From NCBI GenBank assembly GCA_051294375.1, contig CM119263.1, positions 27,034,631 through 27,098,630 on the forward strand: DNA of 64,000 nucleotides, in the 5' to 3' direction. This DNA is from Paraspadella gotoi (Eukaryota > Animalia > Chaetognatha). Shown piece by piece: positions 49,732-62,235 of the stretch (position 1 is its first letter; each line of letters opens with the position of its first letter). Made by a program: the position numbers and the translations under genes. The notes beneath the pieces are model-generated. The model was not told where the DNA came from, ran no database searches, and saw only the letters and a list, made by a program, of their open reading frames with translations.

Positions 49732-51993
49732 ATGGCGACGGAGGCGTTCCATTCTGCGTTCCAACTCTTCGCCCGCCACTCGACGCTTCTCCCACTCGAT
49801 CTCTCTCCATCCACTTTTCACAAAAACTACTTTCCCCTTTGGGATCCGGGCGTCGGAGGGACGAATCAGGGTAATAATGAAATTATCATTTTTATTATTA
49901 TTATTAACGCATTATAAGTACGTTGATAGATCAGAGACGAGTCTTTTTTATGAAGTGAATTAATTGTACTAATTTTAAAATGTAATTTAGCCATTTTTAA
50001 GAAAAAAAAGTTGTCTCTCTTGCTTTTATTCTTTGAACTTTTTGAATTAAGTAATCGCATTTGAATAGATTTAATGTTATGTCAAAATAAATTGTTTCAT
50101 CTTCAGTCTCGACGGAATCGTCTCGTCGACGGAAATCCTTCTTCGTCGAGGACATCCTCGATCTCCGCGGCGGCGACGTCGACGTCGCCTGGAAACTCTC
50201 GTCTTCTTCTTCGTCGTCCTCGTCGTCGCGTCTGGAAGCCGCAGCCAAACCCTCGCTCTTTCGTCCCTTTCACGGGTTCCCCTTCGCCGACACCTCCGCC
50301 GCCGTCGCCGCTGCCACCGTCAAACCGCCGGACGCTTTTCCGCTCGACTTTGGCCGACGCCGAGACCCGCCGCAGTTTCCGCCGCATCCTGCCCTCGCCG
50401 CCGCCGCCGCTGCAGCAACGGCGCATCGTCCGCCGGTCTTCCCTCCTTCTCCCCACCACCTCCTCGCCCACAGTCTTTCATCGGCGACTTCAGGCGCCTC
50501 GATTTGGTCGTCGACGCTGCGTCCGTCTTCGGAGGTCGACGACGACGACTGCCTCATCGATCCCGGAGACTCGGAGTTTGAGATTAGAGACTCGGGTGAG
50601 AATTGGGTTTGCCGGTTTGGTGCCAAGGTTTAACGTACACTACAGAATATATTATTTAAGTTTAACAAGTTAAAAACAGACAGACAGAGATTAAGACAGA
50701 GAATAAATAATTTGAAAGAAAAGGAACATAACTTAAAGACCGCACGTTACCGTTGTGGGTTTGTTATAGTTGATATAGACTGAGGAAGAGATGGGAAAGA
50801 GAAAGATATTAGACTATATACAAGTTTGATCGCCAAACGCCCAAAATTTGTTTTTTGGAATTCAACTTTAAAAATAATTCAGATCTTGAAGTCGTTGAAT
50901 GGGCCGATTGAAAGTTACGCTTTAGGTTGAACTAGATAAGAATTTCGTGAGGTTCTTGATTATAAAATTAGAAAATAAATATACGACTGATATTTCGAAC
51001 CTTCCAGACAAACCCCTCGATTCTCACCCAAATGCAATAAAACTCCGCGACAAAGATTCGGACAAACCCAGTTCCTCCTCCTCCTCATCTTCTTCAAAGA
51101 CCCTCGGAGGTCAAGGGTCATCCACGACGGAGAACAAGAAGAAGAAATCGCGAACGACTTTCACCGGACATCAGATCTTCGAACTGGAGAAGCAGTTCGA
51201 ACTCAAGAAGTATCTCTCGTCGTCGGAACGGTCCGAGATCGCGCTACACCTCAAAGTCACCGAGACGCAGGTATTTTTTTTTTTTTTTGTGGAACTTGGA
51301 AAATTTGTGAAAGAATGGAACGAAAAAAAAACAGGTTTTGACTTCGAAAGGAATGACTGTGTTGTTACCAATCAATCACACTACTATGCACGACCGACTG
51401 GCCCGAAAGAGTGAAAGGTTATTGTAACTTAGGCCTGTGGTCGGTCGCCTCAATGGTTTTTAGTTCGCCGCGAGTACTGGCGAATAAAAGACGGAATTCC
51501 GATGTCATAAATACACAGACTAATGTAATGTCGCGTCATGTCATGTCATGTCACGAGAAATACACGTGAAAATAAAGGCACTGCGGCACAACACATTGGA
51601 TGAACCGATTTTGTTTAAACAGATTTTTATGTTGTTTTCCTCATTGTCAATGAATATTGCAAAATTACAGTCAATATGTGACCAAGGAATAATCGTTTAT
51701 TCCGCTAGTTTAAAATCGTTATTTATAATTGTTTACTATTATTATATGCTCATTTGTTTTCTTCTCTCTCCTTGCAACGAAGGTAAAAATCTGGTTTCAA
51801 AATCGACGAACGAAATGGAAGAAACAAGAGAACATCAGTAACGCCGAAGCGGCCGAGTTTCGCATCGGCGGCGAGAAGCACGCCGACTCCGCCAGCCGAC
51901 AGAACGCCGCCGGCGCCGCGAACGCCGCCGCCATCAAGAACTTGGCGGAGATGAGGCGGGGATCAACATCGTTGGGTCGGCTCCACGCCGCGG
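49732..51993 (+). CDS. NK7: NK7-class (NKL, ANTP) homeobox transcription factor
   Basis: Exons 49732-49870, 50107-50595 (eh1/TN motif SFFVEDIL; one apparent frameshift near the C-run at about 50450), 51008-51270 and 51783-51993. Homeodomain [44 protein letters not shown]|[15 protein letters not shown], followed by the NK7-type extension [11 protein letters not shown] further 3' exon is likely. Confidence 0.9.
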
Positions 51994-52588
51994 GTAAGGG
52001 ACGACCTTTTATGATCAATTTTACTATTATAATTATAATTATTTCAATTCTATAAACATTATTCGCTATATTTTTTCTGTATGATTAATAACTCATTCAA
52101 AAAACTCAAAAAGAAAAAAAATGACTTTGAACTGCGACTACCGGAAGAAGATGAACCGAAGTATAAAACCGACCATATAACCTTTTTCTTAGACCGAGTT
52201 TATTTTTAGCCTTCTTGCCTTCTTGGTCTTGCTCATATCCGTTTCATTTTTTCTTAAATCCTTTATAGTTACGAACGAAAAACTTCTTCATTTCAACCAC
52301 ACTCCTGGACGAGGTGCCATCCATTTTCCATTCGAACGTCAGGCAAGGCATATATTGTTATTGTTTTTCTTTCCATTTTTTCGATATTCTACCGAGAAAA
52401 CGAGTAAATTTTCTTATGACTCAGCATCAAGTTCATGAACACGCGATCATGGGTCCGCAAGAACTCTTATGAGAAATTATATAACTAATTAAAGATCCAG
52501 TTGATTTGACTAAAACTCAAAACTCAAAACAGTTCATTGGAAAAAGTCGTATTGATTGATGAAGCAATATGTATTAAAAAAGTTATAT

Positions 52589-52843
52589 TATGGCAACAGC
52601 CGGGTTGCCTGTGATACCCATTGGGATGGGGCATCTCACTGTTGGCTTTGGGGGCTTCCGACCCTCAGTGACGCCTCCAGTCACTGGCGCGGTTACCCTA
52701 GGACGGTCTCGCTTTGCCAACGCAGAGGGAAGTCGTTAGGACTGTGGATGGAACACTACACTTGGGATGGTGTGTTCCCCCTCTGAGCCAATGGATTTGG
52801 CTGAAGGATGGTGGACGTGAGGCGGTGTGAATATACCGCCACA
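52589..52843. mobile_element. Probable solo LTR (Gypsy-like)
   Basis: 255-bp GC-rich block in AT-rich DNA, ends TATGGC...GCCACA (TG..CA with one change), flanked by a 4-bp ATAT duplication (52585-52588, 52844-52847). Confidence 0.5.
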
Positions 52844-53303
52844 ATATATATTTTTTATGTACAGAGACAAATCGAAATGATCAACATTTAAATCTAAATT
52901 TATATATCAGATTCAAAAAATACGATTTTACTAAGTGATCTTAACCCATAACAGGTGATTTATTCAACTCTTTCTGTTAAGTCTAAATTAAGCATAAATT
53001 ACTTCATAAAAAAATTTTCTAAACTGAAAGTACTTGTATTTATTGATGCTCTATGTCCAGAAGTCCTCACTTAAGTCAGCATAAATAATAAATATAGCAT
53101 GAAATAAAAAATAAAAATATTTCTTTGTTGAAAATGATAAATGAAAAATAATAATTTATAATTTTTTACGTACTTAGCTTTTAAATAGTTTAAAAAATCG
53201 TAAACAAATAAATTTTTAATTTTAAAAAATGACAAGGAATGTAAAAAACACACAACATTTACCCCCCCAAAAATACTGTATTTAAATTTCTCGCCGCAAT
53301 TTT

Positions 53304-54884
53304 CTAATACCACTTCTCTTGAGACTGCGACGACAGATCCTTGACCAGTATGAGGCCCATATAGCTAATCTTAAGCGAGACTAGCTTGTCTCCACCGCAC
53401 TGTTCCGAATCCAAGTAAACCATCTTGAGCACCGTCCCGGCTCGCAACATCTGTACGAAGCCGAGATAACATGGGCGAAATCCTGGCATGTCCTTCATTT
53501 CGCGATCGTCCACACACTTGTGGGAGTCGAGAGGATCCGCACCGAAGCGGAGCTCGTACGCGCACCGAGAACCGCGCCCGTACAAGTGGTACTGAAAGAG
53601 AGTGAAAGATGAAAGATAAAAATTTTTGACTAAAATTCCCCAACCGTTCATCAGCGGCCATTGGCGCAGGAGAAAAGTCATTCGCCTCTCAACCCAAAGG
53701 TCCGGGGTTTTAGCCTCGCAGTTAAGAGGGACGGGGCGATTAACCCGCCTGTAACACGTTCTTACAGCCTGATCCGAAGCTCAGGGACTGCTTATATATT
53801 GATATATATATACTATTTATATAGTATATAACTAACTCATAACAATTATTTCTGTCTCTTCAGTTAGTTAATTTAGTGGACGGGGTACTCGTAGTAAGCT
53901 ACAAATTTTGATTATATATATTGGATTATATATTATAACCTAATGTGTTTATAGTTTTTTATTACATTTCTTACCAACGAATAGGCCCAGTAGATGGCGT
54001 CACGCTTGACGAGAATCCCTTCCCCAACTTGTTCGAAGACATCGCTGTGAACGTCCTTCAGCCAGAAGGGGCGTTGCCAATCTTTGAAGGTCGTGTTCAC
54101 GACAGACAAATCTGTTGCAGGTTTTACAATCCTGTTGTTTCTCACGTACTTGACTCCAGAAATATTCACAGGGTTGAATTCTAGACCCTCGAGCTGAAAG
54201 TGGCCAACTGAGGAAGATGAAAAAAAGCGATAATTAAAACAGTTTTCAGCAGCATGAAAACTCATCGAATTTCTCTCCGTAACAACTAATCCCCAAATAT
54301 AAGATTATCATATGAATTGAGACCTCGGTTTCTTATGTTTTCCTCATATGTGATTTTTTTAATTTTGAAACATTAATTTTTTTATTATAAGTTTTGTCTT
54401 TAATTTATTGAATAATTAAGTTCGATAAATTACCTTGTGACGGGACCGGTGAGTGGCTGCGCCCTTTGCGTCTTTTCGGACCTGAATGAAAAAATATAAA
54501 ACGGTTTCCTTAGAAAATTTCAAAAAACAGAAGAATTATGAGCAAAGTGAGCTACGAAAATAGATTTAATTCAAAGGAAAAGAATCGTATATAATAATTA
54601 TTACGTCAACAATGAGACTCACCGTCGTTTAATTCCAAAGACTCGTCACTGGAGTTTCGCAAATCGCGAAGCCCGAGATGGGTCAACTTTGTCACCTCGG
54701 TCTCTGTCAAGATGCCACCAACGACCAAGCAAGCGAGAAAGGTCAGGCCGACCAATGCCATGGTTGAAGGGACGTGCCGACATGGCGTTGCTTGGCGAAG
54801 CGTCAAGCTTCGAACGTTTGACTCGTCGTCGTCCATTGCTTTTTCTGAACACAGAGGATTAATTTCCAGGTTGATGGCGGACAT
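53304..54884 (-). CDS. TNF-superfamily ligand (eiger/EDA-like), type II membrane protein
   Basis: Exons 54884-54623 (hydrophobic MALVGLTFLACLVVGGILT), 54481-54434 (basic KRRKGR, furin-like), 54207-53975 (VGHFQL...W...ILVKRDAIYWAYSL) and 53591-53304 (CYLGFVQMLRAGTVLKM...SYMGLILV). All phases are consistent. Confidence 0.8.
53640..53797 (+). mobile_element. Second copy of the tRNA-derived SINE, in the last intron of the TNF-like gene
   Basis: Colinear with 29274-29441 (TTCATCAGCGGCCATTGG...CAGCCTGATCCGAAGCTCAGGGACTGCTTATA). Confidence 0.85.
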
Positions 54885-55741
54885 ATTATTTATTTATAAA
54901 TTTCAAATTTTTTTACGTAAACTTTGTAAAGTTTTCTGCGTTCGCTTTCGTGCCAGATTGAACTCCATCGTCCGCTCATTCTCCATTTATAGTCATATTC
55001 TAGAAATAAACCGAGTTGTGCCGTTATTTACCCAGGAGGAAGTTTCCGTCGTTGGCACCATAATGACGCCATCGGTACAGAAAAGTTATTTTTGCGCTTC
55101 GGGATGACAAATATAGTTTTCTTGGAACTTCACCCTTACGGATGCGTAATTTTACCTTTATTTTGAGATTGCGACGTACTTGTTATGGCGAGACAAGCGG
55201 TCGAAGCGTTGGGTGCAGGTCGGCGGGCAGACCCCGCGGATACTTAAAAGTTAAAACACGTATAGGTTTATCACTTAATGTCTGGTTTTTTCTAACCATC
55301 CTTTCAGAAAACAGTATACGGTCTTCTTATCGCATCATTGATTATATTTACCGTATTGATGATAGATGAGGTTATAAGTTATAACTGCCATATTGGCGAC
55401 AATGATGGACTGGCTAAACCGAATTTTCTTTCTCTCCGGATATTTTACGTACAAGATAACGGTGTTAAAACCGTTAATCACTTAATGCTCCCCTGGCCTA
55501 TCCTATAACACCATAAAAGAACAAGTTTGAGCAAACAATGTCGGATCTGCCCACGATAATTAAGCGGTAATAAGCTAATCCGATGATAAATCATGGTAAT
55601 ATTTTCTGGCTTTCTATTTGTTATCTTAACAGATTATAACAAATTGTAACATAATAAATCATAACAGACTTCTTAATAAATATTTGTAAAAATATATAAA
55701 TCAATTGATCTATCAATCATTACCAGTAGCTGCGCCAATAC

Positions 55742-56300
55742 CAACTTGCATAATTTGATAATTTTGCAAAATTTGGTCAACTTGCATAATTTGACCAACT
55801 TGCATAATTTGACCAACTTGCATAATTGGACCAAGTTGCATAATTTAATCACGTTGTATTATTTGGTCAACTGTCATAATTTGGTCAACTGGCATAATTT
55901 GGTCAACTGGCATAATTTGGTCAACTGGTATAATTTGGTCAACTGGCATAATTTGGTCAACTGGCATAATTTGGTCAACTGGCATAATTTGGTCAACTAG
56001 CATAATTTGCTCAACCGGCATAATTTGCTCAACTGGCATAATTTGCTCAACTGGCATAATTTAATCAGGCTGCATTATTTGGTCAACTGGCATAACTTGG
56101 TCAACTGGCATAATTTGTTCAACTGACATAATTTGCTCAACTGGCTTAATTTGCTTAACTGGCATAATTTGCTCAACTGGCATATTTTGGTCAACCGGCT
56201 TAATTTGCTCAATTGGCATAATTTGCTCAACAGGCATAATTTAGTCAACTTGCAGAATTTGGTCACTTGAATAAAGTGGTCAACTGGCATAATTTGGTCA
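55742..56300. repeat. 18-bp minisatellite (CAACTGGCATAATTTGGT)n
   Basis: About 30 tandem units; explains the HNLVNW / MPVDQI / QLSKLC repeat ORFs. Confidence 0.95.
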
Positions 56301-56329
56301 ATCAATCAATCAATAAATCAGAGAGAGAG

Positions 56330-57002
56330 GGAAACTTTTAAAAATTCAAATAAATGTGTCTTTTGGTTTTCTAATTTAAACTCTTTTCCACTCCTACGAT
56401 TCCATCAAAAATTTATATCCCGCTTAATCACATACTTTCCTACCCATATACAAAATTTCATTTCAATTTATTTATCCAATTTTTAATCAATATAATAATT
56501 ATGAGTAAAAATACTTCAAGTAAATATGACTTTTGTTTTTTCCATTTCAACTTATTTCCACTCGCGCGATTCCATCGAAACTTTATATCCAGCTTAATCA
56601 CACACTTTCCTTCGCTCATACAAAATTTTAAGTCAATTGCCCCATCTACTCATGAATAATTGGCGTTCAAATAATGAAATATATTTTTTTGTTTTTTCCA
56701 TTTAAACCCATTTCCACTCGGACGATTCCATTGGAACTTTATATCCACCTCAATCACACACTTCCCTATCCACACACACAATTTCATTCCAATCCATCCA
56801 TCCAATCACAAGTAATTGGAGCATAATGCTAAGGGGGACGGACAGACGGACGGACAGACACCATTTTTTTTGCATAATTTATCATAATTTGATGTTCTGA
56901 CATGTTCTAAGTTAATGACTGACAAGATTAGGGGAGTGGACAGACGGACCGACAAAGTGAATTATAGAGTCGGTATCTGCGATAAGTAGATCCGACTAAA
57001 AA
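56330..57002 (+). mobile_element. DINE-1/Helentron-associated (HINE)-like element with internal tandem repeats
   Basis: Three units of about 165-170 bp (TTTCCACTC..CGATTCCAT..AA.TTTATATCC..TTAATCACA), (GACG/GACA)n microsatellite at 56836-56860 and 56938-56953, terminal hairpin GTCGGTATCTGC-GATAA-GTAGATCCGAC followed by TAAAA. The element may include the 18-bp array. Confidence 0.6.
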
Positions 57003-57958
57003 TATAATCACTTAAATTTTAAAAAGGCTTTTTTTTTACAGACAAGAAAGCTCATATATGTTGCAATAAAAAAAATACACAAACTATTTCAACACAATGT
57101 GTCATTGACTCATTGTTTAACAGATAAAAGATGAATTAACATTTTTTTCCATGACGTATTTGCCCATTTTTAAAAGATATCTTTCAAACACTAATGTTTT
57201 GTTCGGAATTTTGTAGCAAAAATTGTTCAAAAATAACTCTTGCTGACAGCTGCTGACCTAATATACGTGAGTAGTCTCATTTAAAAGCAGTCGGAGACAA
57301 ACCAACCAGACAATCACCTCTCACTTAGACTTAGATTAACTTAGACTCAGTCATCTTCACTTGTATTTCACTTGCTAGTCTTTCACTCCTTCTTTCTAAC
57401 TTTTATGTCTTTAACAAGGAACATTAAGCTAAAAATAGTACTTGAAACGCGAGAGATAATGTTTTCATATTTTTATTTACATTACAATCATTTTAAAAAA
57501 ACATAAAAACCATAAAAAAGAATTATGTAAATAAAGTCTAGTAAAAATAAAAATGTAATTTTTACTAATTATTTCTTCATTTGTCTTTATAAAAAATTTT
57601 AAAAATTATTAAAAAAAACAATAAGGCGAATTAGCTGAGACCTGAGCTAATTCGCCACAACAATAAAATAGTAAATATAGCGGCAAATGGTGAAAAGTAA
57701 GATGTACGTAATAATAAATACGTATAAGTACTAAGTACTAAGTATTAAGTAGTCTTGATGCAACGTGACTCTTCGAGAGTACAAACTGAAATGTTCCCCA
57801 TTTTATGAGTAAACATACAAACATACATCTGATAAAGTATTTTTATAAAGTTCTTTTAAAAATTTTCAGAATGGTCTATCCTTCAATCAATAGAATGTTA
57901 CCAATTATATATATATATATTTTTTTTAAAGGAAACCTTACGCAACAAATCTTTTTAA

Positions 57959-58820
57959 GGGGACCAAGTGACCAGGGGGGCTAGAAGCCTGAAAGCAAGT
58001 TTGACCCTTTAACTATAAGCTATTTCTGATTATATGATTCTTTTTTTCTATAATCATTTGGGGAAAGTAGTTTAAAAATTCGATATAATCAGCTAGCTTA
58101 ATTTTCTTTAAAAAATTCGGTAAGAAGAAAATCTTTTTCAAATTTAAAATTTTTTTTTTAAAAAAAAGGGTAAGATCTAATTTAAAAAGATTTTCAGCTT
58201 TTATTACAAAATTATAACAAAAAAAAATCGGAATGAATCAAAATTTAAGGTATACGACTGATTTTATTTAAACTTCTTTTAAAGGATTCTGTTAATTGGA
58301 TAAAAATAAACCCTTAGAAGTAATATAAATATAAAAAGAAGAAAAGGTTCTGTACTTTTGCTAAATTTTAATTATTATAATTAGGAATAAATATAATTTA
58401 ATAATACATTTAAGAATAAGAATAGAATATAGATAAAGATAAGAATAAGAATAAGATAAATTTAGGTTTGATTTTCTGCTTTGAAGTGAATATTAAAATA
58501 AAAAAATATTAGTCTTATAAAGCCTTTGTCAATGAGGCTTAAACCTAAAATTATAGCTTTGTACAATAAAAACGAAAAATTTGGAATTTAGTAAAAAATA
58601 CTTTCGAATACAAAAATGAAATAATAGATCATATACATATTTAGGTGGGATCAACTAAATTTTTTTTTCATAATTATTAAATTTTTGTTTCCGCTACAAT
58701 AAGAGATAGGAATTTTTTAGCCATTTTCCCGTGCAAAGAAAAATTAATGACTATCACCATTCAAATTCCTTTGATGTTAGACCCTTAAGCTTATGATATC
58801 ATTTTTATCACTGGGTCCCC
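57959..58820. mobile_element. TTAA-targeting MITE (Kolobok-like)
   Basis: TTAA|GGGGACCAAGTGA ... TCACTGGGTCCCC|TTAA: 13-bp TIR with one mismatch and a TTAA duplication; AT-rich non-coding interior. Confidence 0.75.
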
Positions 58821-59006
58821 TTAAACGATTCCCGACTCGCTAAAACGCAAAAAAAAATGACAAAAAAGTATCGTTAGATTAGAAGAAGAAGAAGAAAAAG
58901 AAGAAGAATAGAAAAAATAAAGCAAGGCATTCCATGGAAATTTCACGATTTTTCCTATTTGGCAAAAAAATCCCTATTTATGACACTGCCATATTCTAAT
59001 CGCCTA

Positions 59007-60060
59007 CTATCCGAATCGCCCTCCGGCGGCGAACAACTTCGCATCTACGAGCCCAAGGACGTTCTGCTGGTTGAAAGCCAGAAGGTTCGCTCCGCATTCG
59101 TCCCTAACGAAGTGGACCAGCCTGATTCGTGTTCCGGCCATCAAAAGTCGTAAAAAGCCGAGATGGCACGACCTGGCCTTGGGTTTGTCGGCTGGACGCC
59201 ATAGTCGATCATCCGCGCACTTGACGGAGTCTTCTACGTCGCCGATTTTGATGTTGATCGCGTAGACGCAGCTAGATCCGGCTGCGTAGAAAGTGTACTG
59301 AGGAGAGGACAAAAAATAATAATATAATAACAAGTACGAGTAGTAAACCATAAAATAAATGGCAGTGAAAAAGTTTGGGATTTAAATCTCTCATCGGAGG
59401 CTACCACCGTCTCACAAACCCAAATGTACATATATTTTCTTTCTTTCTTTCTTATGTCACATACGGTGATTCTAAGAACGCTTTAAATAATGAAGATCAT
59501 TTTTGTTATCATAATCATATTATATTCACATTAAAAGAGTCAGTCAAAGCAAACGAGGTGCCGCTGACCGGAAAACGCCAATCCTCACCTTTGAATAAAT
59601 CCAATAGACGCCCGTTTGTCCCACGACGATAGCGCCGTCGTCCTCGAGACGTATTGCGCCCTCATCGAGCCAGAACGGTACTCGCCAGTCGGCGATAGTT
59701 ACGCGATTCGGTGCGGAGACGTTTGTCAACGCAGGCGGTCGGCTGCGAGAGCATTCGAATTCGCCGAGCGCCGCTTTCACGTAAAAGACCCCGTGGACGT
59801 CGCGACATCTCGTCAAGTCGTCACCCACTAGGTGGATCAGAGAATCTGAGAAGCGGGAAAGAGATGAAGACGCGCTCATGATTTGATTTTGAACATTGTA
59901 AATAATATTAATTAAATAAATATGAGCAGTAAATAGAAAATCGAAATTTTTTAAATTCTAAATTTGACTCACTTGTCGGGACCGTCTTTGTCCCTGTTTC
60001 CCAGTCGCTCTTCGCAAACGCGACGACCTCATGTTGCAGAATAGCTAAGATTGCAAACAT
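59007..60060 (-). CDS. Second TNF-superfamily ligand, tandem paralogue
   Basis: Exons ~60060-59973, 59845-59589 (LIHLVG...DWRVPFWL...IVVGQTGVYWIYSK) and 59297-59007 (SCHLGFLRLLMAGTRIRL...NVLGLV). It has the same phase-0 intron after YS[L/K] as the first copy. The 5' end is uncertain. Confidence 0.75.
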
Positions 60061-62030
60061 CCAAGCCCAAGACACATTGAATATTGTATTCCATACCCGA
60101 TTAAAAAATTTGGAGAACATTTTTTCGTTTTCGTCGAAAAAATTGAACACTTTTGTTTCTCCTTTGCAAAAAAAGTGATCAACAGGTTTCGGTTTTTATC
60201 CATTTTTTTTTTTTTATAGTCCTTGGGGTCAGGGTTTTTTCCCCGCATTAAGTTTCCTTAGCTCAAAATTTGCAATCACTGATGATTGATGAATTGCGAT
60301 ATAGCTTTGAAAAATTCTATAAAATATAGTGGAATAACATCATGATCATAATAAAGATCAAGTATGATTCAGTTAAAAAAAGTAAATAATAATAATAATA
60401 AATTAATAATAATAATAATAATAGCTTAGCAGTTTTCTAATATCGCGTGTCTTCATCATCGCGTGTTCAAGTTGGTAACATTGAAGGAGAGCCTTACAAA
60501 ACAGTTGATTCGAATAGGTGGATAACTAATCCTGATGAGAATGATTCAACGTTTGGAAGATAGTCAGGTCAAAGCTGGAAATAACCTTTTTCTCCCCGGA
60601 GATTTTTTTCTAAAAATAGTAAGTTGTTTGACTCGCAAAACCCGGAAGTCGAATGTTTTTTAAAACAAAATATGGGTATTCAGGCGGAAGCGGTTTAAAA
60701 CTTAAAAACTATCCACGATAGATATGGTTAGTATACACTGCGGCGCAGAAAAAAGAAGCCACTTTTTTCACACCGAAATAAACCTTGCTAGATGGTTGAA
60801 TTTTACAAAGTTTATTGAAATATGAAGCGATTTGCCTAAGTCCCATTAAAATCAAGAAAAGCGTTCAAAAGTTATAGGACATCAAACTCGATTGGTACAA
60901 AATATCTGAAGTGTAAAAAATTAATAGAAATAAAAAAGAAACTATGATTGTTTTTATTATAAAATATTTATAATATAAAATTAGTTGAACAAATTCAGTA
61001 TTGAATATCTGTAGGGACAGGTATAAACCATTTTTAACCTCAATCAAATCGAAAAAAGTGAGGAAACTCTGGAAAAATAAGGTTACCTTCCAAACTTTTT
61101 TTCAAAAACTACTTAAAAATACTTATTTAAAAAAAAATTATTACCTAATTACCTTAATACTAAACCCTTTTAACCCTAACCACTAAGGCGGGCCAAAATT
61201 GATCACTTTATATCATTAAGAGTTCTGTAATATAAAATTCATTCGTCCATCATATACTTAACCAATATTTACTATAACTTTTTTAACTAGTGAAGCATTT
61301 AAATAATTATCAATGTATAATTTGCATAGGCAATGAAAACCTTTTTTTGTAAAAATTTTTAAATTAATAATAACAAGTAAATGACACTTATCTATTTTTT
61401 AATATCAAATCAATGTACTATTAAGAAGAGTTAAATTCTCGCCCGCCCTAATAGGCAATGAGTGATATAATTTTTTTTTATTTTTCAGGAAAACGCCTAA
61501 AACCGGGATTCTTATAACAAACCTGAAAAGGATGGCAAAGAAGTTCTGCCCAAGACAATCAGACAGAATCACTTTTACAGTTTAATCATTACCTCTCAAT
61601 AATTTGTGTCAAACTGTCAAAGAGATAATAATTAGCCATCAGACCCGAATCGTTTCAAACGTTTATTTCGATAATGCATTACTTACGAGGCTGTTAGTTT
61701 TAAATATTTTTTGAGTAGCGAGGGCAGTATTTGTTACAAAGTCTTATATTTATTTATTCCCGATTTAATTATTTATGACGTAGAGTAAAAAGATAAATAA
61801 GAAATTCTAAGCTTCAGTTCTCATTCACAAGTGTTGTACAGTAATTTTAAGACTTCGGGTGCTCATACAATTAAAATGGTAGGTAACTTTACTATTCGAC
61901 GGCCGCAAGCAACCTAAGCTACTGCCGGTCGATGCTTTTTTAATCTATTGAATTTTGTTTTCCTTCTAGCGTCGAGTTTGTTTGCGAAATAATATACATT
62001 TTTTGCGCAGTAATACAAATTTTTGTTAAG

Positions 62031-62235
62031 TTTTATTAAAAAATATAAATTTCAGACATGTTTCGGCTTCAATGTTAGCCTTCATGAGCGCAAGAACGAA
62101 TTGACTCATGAAACAAATATTTTCACAAACCCTCTCTCTCTCTCTCTTTCTTCAAACTTCAAATTCGATTTTGCGCTGATAAAAGCTTACATTGAAGCCG
62201 AAACATGTCCAAAATTTATATTTTTTAATAAAAAA
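62031..62235. repeat. Inverted pair of degenerate Penelope-type hammerhead motifs
   Basis: Plus arm 62176-62209 CTGATAA-AAGCT-TACATTGA-AGCC-GAAACATGTC. Minus arm 62055-62088 CTCATGA-AGGCT-AACATTGA-AGCC-GAAACATGTC. The arms form an inverted repeat of about 70 bp. Confidence 0.65.

Noticed and set aside
51120-51830. NK6/HGTX or Hmx assignment for the homeobox
   Set aside because: [27 protein letters not shown] and the following NISNAEAAE fit NK7, not the NK6 pattern [27 protein letters not shown].
55742-56300. Regular short repeats resembling a CRISPR array or a repeat-protein ORF
   Set aside because: The 18-bp units are head-to-tail with no unique spacers, there are no cas genes and the context is eukaryotic; it is a minisatellite.
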